From: Paramecium tetraurelia
Lineage: Eukaryota
DNA: 64,000 nucleotides
Reading direction: 5' to 3'
NCBI GenBank assembly: GCA_000165425.1
Contig: CT868671.1
Span: forward strand, 1 to 64,000
Under the pieces are notes generated by a model that did no database searches, had not been told where the DNA came from, and saw only the letters and a program-made list of their open reading frames with translations. How positions within the stretch are numbered: position 1 is the stretch's first letter; each line of letters opens with the position of its first letter. Positions 28,400-41,098 of the stretch are shown piece by piece. The position numbers and the translations under genes were made by a program.

Positions 28400-29412
28400 T
28401 AATCAATTTATTATTAAAGTTTCTTACAAAATTGCTAAGAAATTTAAAGTATTATCTAAATTTCATTAAATAGATTCTCAGCTAAACTTGGAGCTATTCC
28501 TCTACTGATTGGGTAAAATAATTTTATCTCAAAATAAAGAAATTAAAAGAAATCTTCTTTAGGCATATTAGCACATGCTTAGACAGAATCTATCAATTTT
28601 TGGAGACAAATATACAATATTTTCTTAACTATTTAACAAACACATCTCAGTAACAAATGATTTAAGATTAAAACATAGTATAATACTCGTGTTTAATATT
28701 CATTAAAAAATGGATAGATTATTATTGTTCTCCTATTAAAAATGTCTAGTAGGACTAAAATATTAAAGATTTAAGTCTTATTAAAATATTTTTAAAATGT
28801 TAAAGCTCAGGAAGGATTATTTATTCAAAATAATATAACTGATTCTTCATAGATTTTTATTTAAGCTATTTATTTTTTAAGATAGTCCATTTTAACCACA
28901 ATTCCATAACTGAATTCGAAATTTGATATTTTAATAAAATAGCTTATACTTTTTCATTTTATCAATGCTTTTTCCATTCATAAGAGTATTTGTAATTTCA
29001 TTAAGATCTAATAACATTCTTGCAATTAAAACTCTTTACAATTGTTCTGGTTGAACATATTCTATCCTAAGAACCATAAAAATTTCTAATACAAATCATT
29101 CAAATCCTAAGTTTTTCCTTTAATTAAGTTTGTAGCTCACACTTTCAAGTTATAGTAATCTTCTTTTTAGAATAAGTGGCTGAAATTTAGGCGTTATAAT
29201 AAATAGTAATTCATTTATTATTATAATAAAGCATAGAATATTAAATTAAAAAAGAAATCAATGTAAAAAAAGGATAATTAACTTAATATTGTCATCGACT
29301 AATATTAGTTGATGTTGAGGATCAAAAATATCAATTTGTTTTTCATGATACTTACCCATCTACTTTATTTTCTATTTTCATCCGTCTAAATAGATTAGTA
29401 AGAGAAATCCAT
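28400..29412 (-). CDS. Hypothetical protein or degenerate gene
   Basis: ATG 29412 (MDFSYQSIQTDENRKQSRW...); downstream exon structure not resolved. Confidence 0.25.
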
Positions 29413-29707
29413 TATTTATTAAAAACTGATTAAATTCCATATTAGTTCAAGTTGCCGGGCCCATAGAAATAAAATAATGAATAATTATTATGAAGAGGAG
29501 TAATATTTCAGATTATGTTAAAATTTTTTTTTATTTATTCTTCTATTATCAAGACATTTTATTAAGCATTTATGAGTAATTTTATTTTCTGACCAATTAA
29601 TATGAACAGATATACTTTAAAGATCTTTTGAAAAAGGAAAGAAAATTTAGAAATAAAAAGAATTAATGTAGAGAAAATTTAAATATATTATTTTGTGATT
29701 TTGTTTA

Positions 29708-32150
29708 ATGTCTGAGTAGCCTTAACAAGAAGGAACTTAAAATGATTACATTCAATCATTAAGAGAGGAAGAAAACTTCCTCATGATAAAATATAATGAA
29801 AAGAGGGAAAACGAAAAGATGCAAATGGAAGAAGCAGCAAAAAAATTTGTGCAAGTTGATCCAATTACTCAAAAAAAGTTTGATAGACCTACAAGAGCAG
29901 GTGGTGTTTATGTGCCTCCTCACAAATTGAGAGAAATGGAAAACGAAATAAAAATGAGTAATAAAAATAGCGTTGAATACTAAAGATTAATGTGGGAATT
30001 GTTAAGAAAATCAATAAATGGTATTATCAATAAAGTAAATATTACAAACATATAAAATATCATTGTTGAATTATTTAATGAAAATATTTTAAGAGGGAGA
30101 GGATTATTAGCAAGGGCAATTATAAAAGCCTAAATGGCATCGCCAAATTTTACTATGGTTTACGCTGCTTTGATCTCTGTTATCAATACTAAATTACCAG
30201 AAATTGTTAATTTGATAATAAGAAGAGTGATCGTTTAATTTTAAAGAGCGTACAAAAGAAATAATAAAATAGTGTGTATGGCAATTACAAAAATGATTGC
30301 TCATCTTATAAATTAGAAAGTTTTAAGCGACTTAGTGGGATTAGAATTACTTTATATACTTTTAGAGAGTCCCACTGAAGATTCTGTGGAATTGGCCTGT
30401 GATTTTACTATAGAATGTGGATAAGTTATGAGTGATATTGCTCCCTAAAATGTTTCCACAATATTCGAAAGATTTAAAGGAATATTGCATGAAGGAACTA
30501 TAAGCAGAAAAGTTTAATATAGAATTGAGTAACTATTTGCAACTCGTAAAACTAAGTTTGTTGATCATCCAGGAGTTATTCCTGAATTAGATTTAGTTGA
30601 GGAAGATGATTAGATTACACATCAAATAGATATAGTTGATGAATTAGATGCTGAGGATAATCTAAATTTATTTTAGTATGATTCATTTTTTGAAAAAACT
30701 GAGAATGAATGGGAAGAAATCAAAAAAGAAATTTTGGGAGAAGAGAATATTATTATGTTAAAAACTAAGTAATAGGTTGATTTCATGCCTGAGATAGAAG
30801 AAGAATAAGAGTAAGCTAAGGATTTTACAGAAAGAGATCTTTTAAGTTTGAAAAGAGTTATTTATTTAACAATTTAAAGCAGTGTTGATTATGAGGAATG
30901 TTTGCATAAAATAATTAAAATGTAAACAGGAATTGGTCATGAAGATGAAGTTTGCAATATGATTATTGATTGTTGTATGCAAGAGAGAACATATTTAAGG
31001 TTTTTTGGACTTTTGGGATAGAGATTATGTGAAATTGCTGAAATCTTTAGAGATAATTTTATGAAATGTTTTGTAGAGAAATATGCAACAATGCATCGTT
31101 ATGAAACAGCAAAAATCAGAAATATTTCTAAATTCTTTGCTCATCTCTTTTTTACAAATGCTATTGATTGGAGAATTCTAAAATGTATTTCATTAACTTA
31201 AGAAAGTACTACCTCCTCAGGTAGAATTATGATTAAATGTTTATTCTTGGAATTAGCTGAGAATATGAGCTTACCTGTATTAAAGTCAAAATTGATGGAT
31301 CCTGAACTTAAAGATTATCTAGCTGGTCTATTTCCAGTTGATCATCCTAAGAATACAAGATTTTCAATTAACTTTTTCACTAGTATTGGATAAGGGTTAT
31401 TAACAGAAGAGTTAAGATAGATATATGAATAATAAAACAAAATAGAATTTTAACATGCTCAAGAAGTAACTATTGCATTCTAATTTTTAGGCTTTAAAAT
31501 AATTCGGTACCTCTGCTGAAGAAGATAGCGAAAGTGATGAAAGTGACAGCAGTGAGGATTCATCTTCAGATGATAGTAGTGATAGTGATTCATCAAAAGA
31601 TAAATAAAAAAAGAATCAATAAGATAAAAAAAGAAAAGAAGATGAAGCTCCTGTTAAAGAAAAACCAAAAGAAAAAGAAAGAGGAAAATAAAAAGAAAAG
31701 GAGAAGCAAAAAGAGATGGATAGAGAAAGAGAGAAGGATAAAGAAAGAGAAAAAGAAAGAGAAAGGGAGAAGGAAAAAGAAAGGGAGAAAAAAAGAGAAA
31801 AAGAAAAAGAGAGAGAAAGGGAAAAAGAGAGGGAAAGAGAAAAAGAAAGAGAAAGAGAAAAAGAAAGAGAAAGAGAGAAGGAAAGAGAAAAATAAAAAGA
31901 AAGGGAGAGAGAAAAGTAAAAGGAAAAAAAACTAGAAAAAGAGAGAGAAAGAGAAAGAGAAAGAGAGAAGGAAAAAAAATAAAAAGAAAAAAGGGATCAG
32001 AAAAAAAAATACAAAAGTCCAAGTCCTAGCCAAAGTGACAGTTTAAGTGATAGTAGAAGCAGAAGTAGGAGTCGAAGTGCAAGTGTTAGTAGCAGCTAAA
32101 GTAGTAGCAGTAGCAGTGAAAGTAAACCTTAGCATAAAAAACACAAATGA
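29708..32150 (+). CDS. CWC22: Pre-mRNA splicing factor CWC22 (MIF4G + MA3 domains, RE/KE- and RS-rich tail)
   Basis: [91 protein letters not shown]; 25-nt intron at 31466-31490. Confidence 0.97.
31660..32010 (+). repeat. Purine-rich low-complexity tract encoding the E/K/R-rich tail of CWC22
   Basis: Repeated gagaaagaaaaagaaagagaaagg-type units in frame with CWC22. Confidence 0.85.
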
Positions 32151-32232
32151 ATTTATTAGCTAAATTATTTTATATTTGACAATATTCTACCATTATAGTA
32201 TGATTTGGTTGATCAATTTCTTATCTGTGGTT

Positions 32233-32982
32233 TCAAGCTAATCTATTCTTTATGTTAATACAAAGGAAATGTGATTTAAAAGAAATTTAATAAAGTTGTA
32301 ATTAAAACTTCAACTTAAAAATCATTAAGAGGTTTTTAATCTAAAGGTAGATAAAGTAGGGAAAATATCTAAATAATATATTGAGTAATACTTGATGATC
32401 CAAAAAATTTTGCCATTTAGGAATCTGTTCTAAGATTATATTTAGGTGTAACCATTCTCGTTTGTTTATTACTTCTTTATTAAATCAATGTCTAGATATT
32501 TTCCTGCTTTGCCTCATGAATTTAATGTAATTGGCTCATTGGGAGACTACTCAAGATTTTATTTAGGGTATAATTTGCTCTATTAAAAGATCCTGATGAG
32601 ATCTAATTGCTTATTTCTTTGTACTATATACCTCTCCAATTATGCAGTTTAAAACCTACTCATCGAAAAGGGCTTTCTTTTTATTATTTTCTATTGTTAT
32701 CTTTTTAGATATGCTAAACTATTATGTAAGAGTACTCTTAGATGAATTATTGTTTTGATTAACATTTGGTTAATTGAATTCTTGATGAATTTCAGTTTTC
32801 TTTTAATTCTTTCGATGCAATAGCTCAAAATATTATGGAATACGAAATTAAGTAAGTTGTTAAAATGATTAACTATAAGGTTTAGGTAAGTTGGAGTAAT
32901 CCAAATATTTGCCATCTTCTTATAATATTTTTTTATTTGCTTCAATTAATTCAGCATAGGGCGAACTAGGTTTTTTTCTCAT
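32233..32982 (-). CDS. Hypothetical protein
   Basis: ATG 32982 (MRKKPSSPYAELIEANKKILQEDGKYLDY...) opens a long code-6 frame; the 3' end is approximate. Confidence 0.5.
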
Positions 32983-33249
32983 AATAATAATTTATTATTA
33001 TGATAAAAAGTTTAGTTAAATGTATAAATAGTAAATTTATAATAAAAAAATAAATATGATCATCCATTCGACTTAATTAAATAGTAATTATAATCTAAAG
33101 GATATATTTCAAACTCTTATTTGAATACAAACGCAAAAACACCAGCTTCATAAAATAACTTGATATAAATTTGGAGCCCAGTAGAAATGGATTGAAATGG
33201 CAATCAAAAATTAAAAATTCTTTATGTTTTCTCAAAAACTTTAAAGGAA

Positions 33250-34200
33250 TTAAGAATATTAAAGAAGGCTCCTGGATTATGCGGATATTTGACGAGCAGT
33301 CTATTAAATATTAATATTGTATGAAAAATTAAGAAAATGCCTTATTAAATTATTATATTTTGAAAGCAAAAAATTAATATGAGATATTGCATACATCCTT
33401 TAACAATTGAGAGAAATATCTATGTCATCTTGATAAGAGCTGATTAATAGCATGTTTAAAGTATAATTGATTGCGAAATAAAATATGTTAATTTAACAGA
33501 AGTATATATTATGTTTCTGCCGAAATAACTGAATCTACTCCAGAAATGGCATAATTAACTTCAAAAGTTGAATGATTGGCTTCAGATATCGAGGATAAAA
33601 AATATAACTGGGTATTTTAAATGAACAAGAAAATTAATAGCTGAATAAAGACCTAACGATGCTGATTATTTATAAAATTCAAGCATGAAGCTGAAAATGT
33701 GATAAACTAAGTAGATATGCAATTATAGAGTTTTTCTCCTTCTATATAATTATTGAATTTTAAGAATACTGTTTATAATAAAACCTTTGTTCATAAAAGC
33801 ATTAATGTAAGTGGCATTAACCCTCGCAAATGATCAATTCAATAATGTCTTATATAAATTAAGCAAATTAAGTAAATCTTTGGAATAAAGTCTACATGAA
33901 GCCAGATAATCTGAAATTGAAGCTTACTTAAATTATAAAAGATTTAAGGCTGAAATAAAAATGAAAAAATGACTGTCATCATTTAAAGATGATTCTGAAA
34001 GCTTAATTAAAGGTAATGAATAACCACTGGATCTTTAAAAAAGAAAGGAAGATGCTTCTGATAAATTAAATGCTGCAACTGCTGGCAAAGAATAAAAAGA
34101 AGATATGAAGGACATAATATGCTTTTAATTCTGAATATTGCTAATTAGAAATTTCAATTATATGATAAATTTCAAGTAATAATAACAGCTAAACTCAAAG
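33250..34200 (+). pseudogene. Trichocyst matrix protein-like pseudogene
   Basis: Remnants such as DIAYILQQLRE and ALMQVALTLANDQFNNVLYKLSKLSKSLEQSLHEARQSEIEAY...RKEDASDKLNAATAGKEQKE resemble TMP coiled-coil segments, with in-frame TGA and frame breaks. Confidence 0.5.
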
Positions 34201-34437
34201 CTTCAAAGTGTACTTATTAGAAAGATCTTCTAAATGATAATTTGCTTATTTTACTTAAAATATTTTTATCATTTCTTCAATTAAGATGGGAAATAATAGT
34301 TTCCTAATTAATATTTATTATGAAATTATGATGCCTAATTTAATTGTATGTTTTTTTGTGTTTCCATCATTTATTTATTAGTAAATGGAATAATTTAATT
34401 ATAGTTTTTATAATGTTATAGATATACTATTAATTAA

Positions 34438-36354
34438 ATGGAATAATAAAATGATGTTGTAACTTTGGATTAATAATAAGGATTGAACGAATAAGTTGAT
34501 GAGACTTCAACTCAAATTGAGCCAACAGAATAAACTATTACTGAAAACCCTGAAAAAACTGAGACCATTCCAATGATCGATCCAATAATAGATTAAAACT
34601 CAGATCAACCTTCAAACTAGGATAATAAAACAGAAGAATCAAATGATCCTTCGAATGCAAATCCATTATACACTTATTCGATTTTGGCAAAAGAGTTTAT
34701 TTTGTTTAGCCTTCCTTATTTATATTTTATATTTGCTGCTCTTTATAGGATTTATTAGCTTTAGAAATTGCAAGATGTTACACTACAAAGATAATCCATA
34801 AGATCTCAATTAAGTGATGAGGATGTGTAATTATTGAATATATTTAAATTAGCCCAAAAACAAACCCTCCATCTTTGAATATCAAAATTATCATTTCATA
34901 TTGGCTTTGTTTTGTGTGTACTTTATCAATGACACTTGGATTTTTCGGTCTAATTATGACCATATCACCAAAACTGTACTTCATTTGGCTGATACCAATT
35001 GTTGCTCATATTATTTCTGTTATTTTGCTAAAATTAGAGTTCAAAGTTTAAGAATAACAGGCAACGTGGACTCATAGAGTAATAGTATATCAACTATCAA
35101 CTAGATATTTTGGCCTTTATAAACTGCATTTTTGGTTGTTAGAACATCATAAGAATATCAGACTCTTTTGAGTAGTGGATTGATAATTTTGTAATTGTTC
35201 CCATCGCTCATTTTATTGATATATGCATTGTATAGACCAAATGATAGAACAAGAATACCTGATGACACACCAAAATTTGCAAAATAATTGATGAAATCAT
35301 TAGAAGAATTAAGAATATTTTAATCAGGAATTAAATCAAATAGAGAATCTATGCTAAACAGAACTAAAACAAAAAAAGAAAACACTACTATAACAAAATA
35401 ATTATCATCAGCATTTTCTGATCTCATATAAAGCAAAAATCAAAATGAATAGGAGCAATTTTTAAGGGAAAAAATGCCAGAAAGGAGTGTTAGTGTGAGT
35501 AAAAAAATAATTAAACGCTTTGTTAATGATAATGAAATCCTTTATTCATATTTGATTATTACTATAATCGATGGTCATACATTTTAATCAGAAAAGCGTT
35601 ACCCTGAATTTTTGAATATTGAGAGAGTACAAATCGATAATTTTAACAAATACAATGCAAGTTCCTTTAAAATTCAAAGAATAGATCTATAATTAGGCGA
35701 AGATGAATTTTCTTATGTTCTAAGAAGGAGAGAATATTTAGAACGATGGCTATAAGAATAATTAGCCAACCCAACTTATGTAACAAAAAATTTACTTGAT
35801 TTCTTGGGAGTGGATGAAGAAATGCAACAACCATTTTTAATATATTAATAATTGATTTCAAAGACGAGATCTTAGATGAGACCCAAAAGTTATTAAAAAG
35901 CTTAAGAATATGAATTATAAGCTCTCAGAGTAAATTCAGAAGAAAACTTGGTTGCCTTAGATTATTCTGAGCTTCAATTCTCTTCTAATTGTGTCTAGTA
36001 TGAGTATGGTATGTATGGATCAAATTCAATAGAATTTGTTATTAATATCAAATACAAAGAAAAGTAAACATATTTATAAGTAATGTTAGGAGCAAAGAAC
36101 ATGTTTATAGAATCTTGAAAACATTGTCTTGTATTCGATAATTTAGTGAGTAACTTGAATTATAAAGTGGTAGAGCATTGCCGCCTAATTTAAAAATAAC
36201 AAAATAAATTTTAAATCTAACAACAAATGAAAAAATAATATTTGTGGATGAATTTTTTAAAGAATTATTAGGAAATCACGAATACTTTTCAAGCGAATTT
36301 TTTGATTTTATAGGATTTGATATTAATAATAGATGTCCAAAAGAATAAAGTTGA
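34438..36354 (+). CDS. Multi-pass membrane protein with PX domain (second PX-like region at the C-terminus)
   Basis: Acidic N-terminus, several hydrophobic helices (~34690-35230), then YSYLITT...SEKRYPEFL...RRREYLERWLQELI...LLDFLG, typical of PX domains. Confidence 0.75.
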
Positions 36355-36444
36355 TGAATTTTTATAATATTAAATTATTTATAATTATAATAATACATAA
36401 CTAAATGAAAGATCCTTAAACTTATTATAATAATAACAATTTTT

Positions 36445-37188
36445 ATGATAAAATTATATATAGATTGGATTTCACAGCCATCTAGAGCTGTTAAGGCAGT
36501 CTTAGATATCCTCAAAGTTCCTCATGAAGTTAAGGCTTTAAAGATTTAATTTGATGAGCATAAGTCACCTGAATTCACAGCAATACATCCATTATAATAA
36601 TGTATTGAAGTTAAAATAATTGATAGTGCCTGTTTTACAAGATGGAGATTTTACTGTTGCTGAAAGCCACAATATAATGAAATACATTATCAAATAGAGA
36701 AATATATCTACTAACTTGTAAGTCTCTAAAAAATAATAAGATACCCACTTTCAGACATCAGATAATAAACTAGAATAGATTAATATCTCGACTATCATCA
36801 TACAAATACAAGAAAATGTTTACACTTGTACCACTCAGTGCTTATATCGCCATTAAAGGGGGAGAAGGTTATTCCTGAAGTACTGGAAAAGGAAAAACAA
36901 GATGTGGCAAAAGTGTTTTCTTATTTTGAAAACAGTAAGTATTATAAAACATATTTAGATTGGCTGAAAGGTAGGAATTACATTTGTGGTGATTAAGTGA
37001 CTCTAGCTGATATAAGTGCTTGTAGCGAAATGCTGTAATTAGACATGATTAAATTTGATTTCTAAAAATATCCAATTACAAATGCTTGGCTTAATAGAGT
37101 AATAAGGATTCCAGAGGTTTATCAAGCTCACAATGTTGCTTTCAAGGTTATCAAAAAATAGAATCCGAGTTCTTAATTCTTGAAATGA
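36445..37188 (+). CDS. Glutathione S-transferase, theta class
   Basis: MIKLYIDWISQPSRAV, HPL...VPVLQDGDFTVAESHNIMKY, YLDYHHTNTR, YICGDQVTLADI; three short introns. Confidence 0.93.
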
Positions 37189-37265
37189 ATTAAAATACAT
37201 ATATATATATATAGAATATCAAGTTTGTATTAATATATAATTAAAGCATATTGATGTATATGTTA

Positions 37266-37946
37266 TCAAAAGATTGAGCAACAGCATTTTTCTTCGTTTG
37301 AAGGCTTTGAGTCTTTTTATATGGTACTTGTAACGTTTTGCAAGGTTTAATTTTATGATTTTAAGACTTTGCCTTTAATGGCTTTTTTTATTGCTAAGTC
37401 AAATATTTCCTTCAAACCATCTTATGTTAATGCAGAACATTCTAGATATTGCGATGGCAATTTATCAACTTTTGATTTTGCCTAAGGGGTGAATTAAATT
37501 GAATATTACAGCTTCAAATTAGACATGATTTGGATTGGCTTAGTTTCTCATATCTATCTTATTTCCAACAAAAATTTTTGGTACACTCTTTAATTCAGGA
37601 ACCTCTAATTCTGGGTACCACTTGCTGATTGCATTTTCAAAACTAGATTCCTCAATAACTGAGAAAACAACCAAAAAGACATCAGCTGAATTATAGGATA
37701 GTGTTCTTAATCTATTATATGTTTCTTATCCAGCAGTATCCCACAAACTTAAGTTAATCATTTTGCCATCAACAGCTGTCTGAGTGGTATAATTTTCAAA
37801 AACTGTAGGAACATAGTCTGATGGAAATTTATCAGTTGTATAGCTATGGATTGTTAGTGGAAATACCTGAGGAGTATACAAGTCTTGCCTACATTTCCAT
37901 CGCCTACAACGACAAGTTTAATTGTGATAGGATCTAATTCTGACAT
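37266..37946 (-). CDS. Rho/Rac family small GTPase
   Basis: [51 protein letters not shown] and C-terminal CAAX CSIF. Confidence 0.96.
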
Positions 37947-38038
37947 CACTCAAAATATTTATTTAATTATTGGAAGTAGAAAGGAATATTTAATGTAATT
38001 TAATAATGAATTCATTTACTTTTATTGAATGAATAATA

Positions 38039-39265
38039 TCAAAATGCTCCCTTGAGTTAAGATTTAACGTAATCGGTAAACCTTGGTTGATTCAATAAAT
38101 CCAAGGCTTAGTGAGCAGCATTTAATTCCTTGTTGTATTCAGCAACGGTAGCATTGTAGACATCAGTTGCGAAAGCATAGTCATCATTTTCTGCTTATAA
38201 TTATCCATTCAATGTGTCCAAATCAGCATGTAAGGTATCAATTAAATCAAGGGTTTATTCAATCTTGTCTATTAATTATTACTATTAACAATATACTTGC
38301 ATTGGCTTCGATTTCAGCTGTCTTAACTATAACAGCTCTTTAGAATTCAGCATGTTCTTAGTTTAATTGAATGACTCTGGCTTCAAAGTCCTTTTAGGCT
38401 TCAGCTTCATCAGCAGTGAGTTGGTTGAGTGAGTCAACTAATTGAACTCTCAAGTTGTTGAAGGCAGTCAAAATCTATGAAAGGGTTAACAAGGGATACA
38501 TACTTCTCTAAGGGCACCTTGATCAGCGAAATTAGCTTCAACAGCAATTTCCAAAAGAGTCTTGATGAAAGTTTGGAATGTGCTGTGTCTTTTGAGTGAT
38601 TATTAGATTTTGGTCAAATTCTTTTAGACCTTTTAGATTTAGACAAGGGATGGTGATTCCAATTGGCTGAGTAATTATAATGATTCATCAATGGCTCCAA
38701 TGGCTTCATTGTGTTCAGCAACTTAAGCTTCAAATTCAGCGTGGTCCTTAGCTCTTTGAACTGTTGATTCATTAAGGGTCTTTCTGTTTTGAGCAATGTT
38801 TTCTTATAATTATTCAAGTTGAGCAGCAAATCTATCTCTTTATGGGATCAATACGTTATCATAGAAATCGTGGGCATGAAAGACCTCTAAAGGAAAGGTT
38901 TAAATCTAATAAAATACCTCTTTCTTTATCTTAGATTTCTTATTCAAGTCTTGAAACTTCTCTGTTGTGAATGTCTGTTCTTCTTGCATATTAATGATGG
39001 ACTTCTGCTAATTCCTCATCCAATTCGTCAATCTAAACGAATTAATGAAAAAAGTAATTACAAGTTTAGCAATTTCAGTGTTTAATTCTGAAAGGATACC
39101 TCCTGTACTTAAATGGAGTTCACCAAAGTTCAAAATGAAATTACCCCAACCAGATTGTTTAATTTGAGCAAAAGCTTTTTGGTCATGGCTTGTCCAAACT
39201 GAGTTTGTGACATCAATTGCTGTTACGCTAAGGATAAGCAATGTGCAGACTGCTAATTTATACAT
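38039..39265 (-). CDS. Trichocyst matrix protein, T1 family
   Basis: [55 protein letters not shown]..., ending [19 protein letters not shown]. This matches Paramecium T1 precursors as I recall them. Confidence 0.93.
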
Positions 39266-39415
39266 ATATTGTAATTAATAATGAAGCCAACACCAGATAA
39301 TTAAGTGTTAAAAATTCCAAAAACGAATTTTATTTTTTATATATTTATATTAATATCATACTAGCAAGCCAGCTCATAATAATATTAATATAATTAAAAA
39401 AATATATAAATAAAG

Positions 39416-40404
39416 TCAGAGAAGATGTATCTTTTCAATTAAAAGACTTTAATTGTACTGGTTGATGTACATAATGCTCTGTAGATTTTTATTGAGACCA
39501 ACCTCCTTCGATTATGTTTTTTTGACTTCAGAGAACTATACAACATATAATCATTCAGCAATACCTGTCCAATTAATAGAAGTCCATTATTGTTTACATA
39601 ATTTCCAAATCCCATAATTAGACCCTTTTGAAATTATCCTTAATAATAACTTCCATCACTCCAATGAAATGTTCCATCGCCTTAAAATTAGTTATTTTCG
39701 AAAGATCCTTCATACCTACAATTAGATATAAGAAATGTAATACTTGCATCCATCTGGGAACACTTGAATCCCTCTGCCATTTTTCTTGCCGTTATGAAAT
39801 TATCCATAAAATCTTGTTCCATCATTCTTAATTTCCTATGCCTCTCCTTCCAACTGATTATTGATCCAAATTCCTAAAAATAAGACCTTATTTTACCTTT
39901 AACTATTTTTTTTTCCGATATAAATATACCAAAACCATTTGTCCGGCCATTTTAGAACTGAGCTTCGAAACTATATTATTTTGATATTTAATACATGTCT
40001 CCATTTCTATAATGCATTGTACAGAATCCTTGAAGCAAATCGTTTTACCAAGTCCTACAATAAAATATAAATTGTTTGTTACCCAAATAATAAATTGCCA
40101 ACTTATGGCCATACTTAAATACCATTCCCATGTTTGATTCCTGACTCCAATGTGCCGAAGTATACACTTTCGTCACTTTATTTTGAAACCTAATAGTCTG
40201 AGTGAGGTTTGAAATTTTCTAATTTTTGTTTAATGTGTTAAGGAAGAGCGCTCACAAACTCCAATAATCGAGAGTCTAAAGCTGGACTGCTTTGTTTGGA
40301 ATAGTCATCATCAGCTAATCAAATGTAAATAGCCTATTACTTTCGCTCAATGAGATAGATGCAAACTTATGAATGAAATATTCTTATGATATCTATTAAT
40401 TCAT
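39416..40404 (-). CDS. MORN repeat protein
   Basis: YFGTLESGIKHGNGIQVWP, GFCTMHYRNGDMY and FKCSQMDASITF-type degenerate MORN units; short introns. Confidence 0.7.
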
Positions 40405-40434
40405 TTATATTTAATTATTGAGATATAATTACTA

Positions 40435-41052
40435 ATGGAAAAGTTAAAACCTACTCTTAAATTAATTTAATTAAATAAGAATACAAAGGAAATGTCTCTT
40501 TAAAGAGTTTTTAAGAAATTAATATATTGGGATGTCTACTTATCGCGATTTCTGAATGACAATGAAAGCTTAATTTTAACCGTGATGCTATATTTACCAT
40601 CCTTGATTTTTTCGCCTAAAACCCTTATCGCCCCAATATTCTTTATCGCTTATTAATACGGCTACACTTATTCTATTAGATATGTGATTTCAATAGTTCT
40701 GTCACTAATTTTGACTACCTTCTTTAAAAACCATTTCAAAAGACCAAGACCCAAGCCTCGTCCATAACTATCTATAGCTTTCGGTTATAAGGAAGGCAAT
40801 TATTCCTTGCCAAGTGGAGGTTGTGCTTAAGCTGCAACCTTCCTCTTTTATTTTCTGAATGCAAATGGAAGTGGTATATTTTGTTATGTAAGTATTTTAG
40901 TAGACATCTTTGACATCTTGATTGCAATTCATATAATTTTTAATGTAATGTTAGGTAGAGTGTATTTTTGTTGCCACTACTTCAGTGATTGTCATCTTGG
41001 ATTTGTAATAGGAACCACGAGTGCCTTCTTGATTAACTTTTTATTATAATGA
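40435..41052 (+). CDS. PAP2-superfamily membrane phosphatase-like protein
   Basis: C1 KNHFKRPRP, C2 SLPSGG, C3 GRVYFCCHYFSD and hydrophobic helices. Alternative start ATG at 40492. Confidence 0.85.
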
Positions 41053-41098
41053 AATGGACGTGTGTTGTATACAAGATTATTCAATTAATATTATATAT

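Noticed and set aside
31534..32022. ORF-track K/R-rich (+) and F/L-rich (-) proteins
   Set aside because: These are off-frame and antisense shadows of the low-complexity CWC22 tail.
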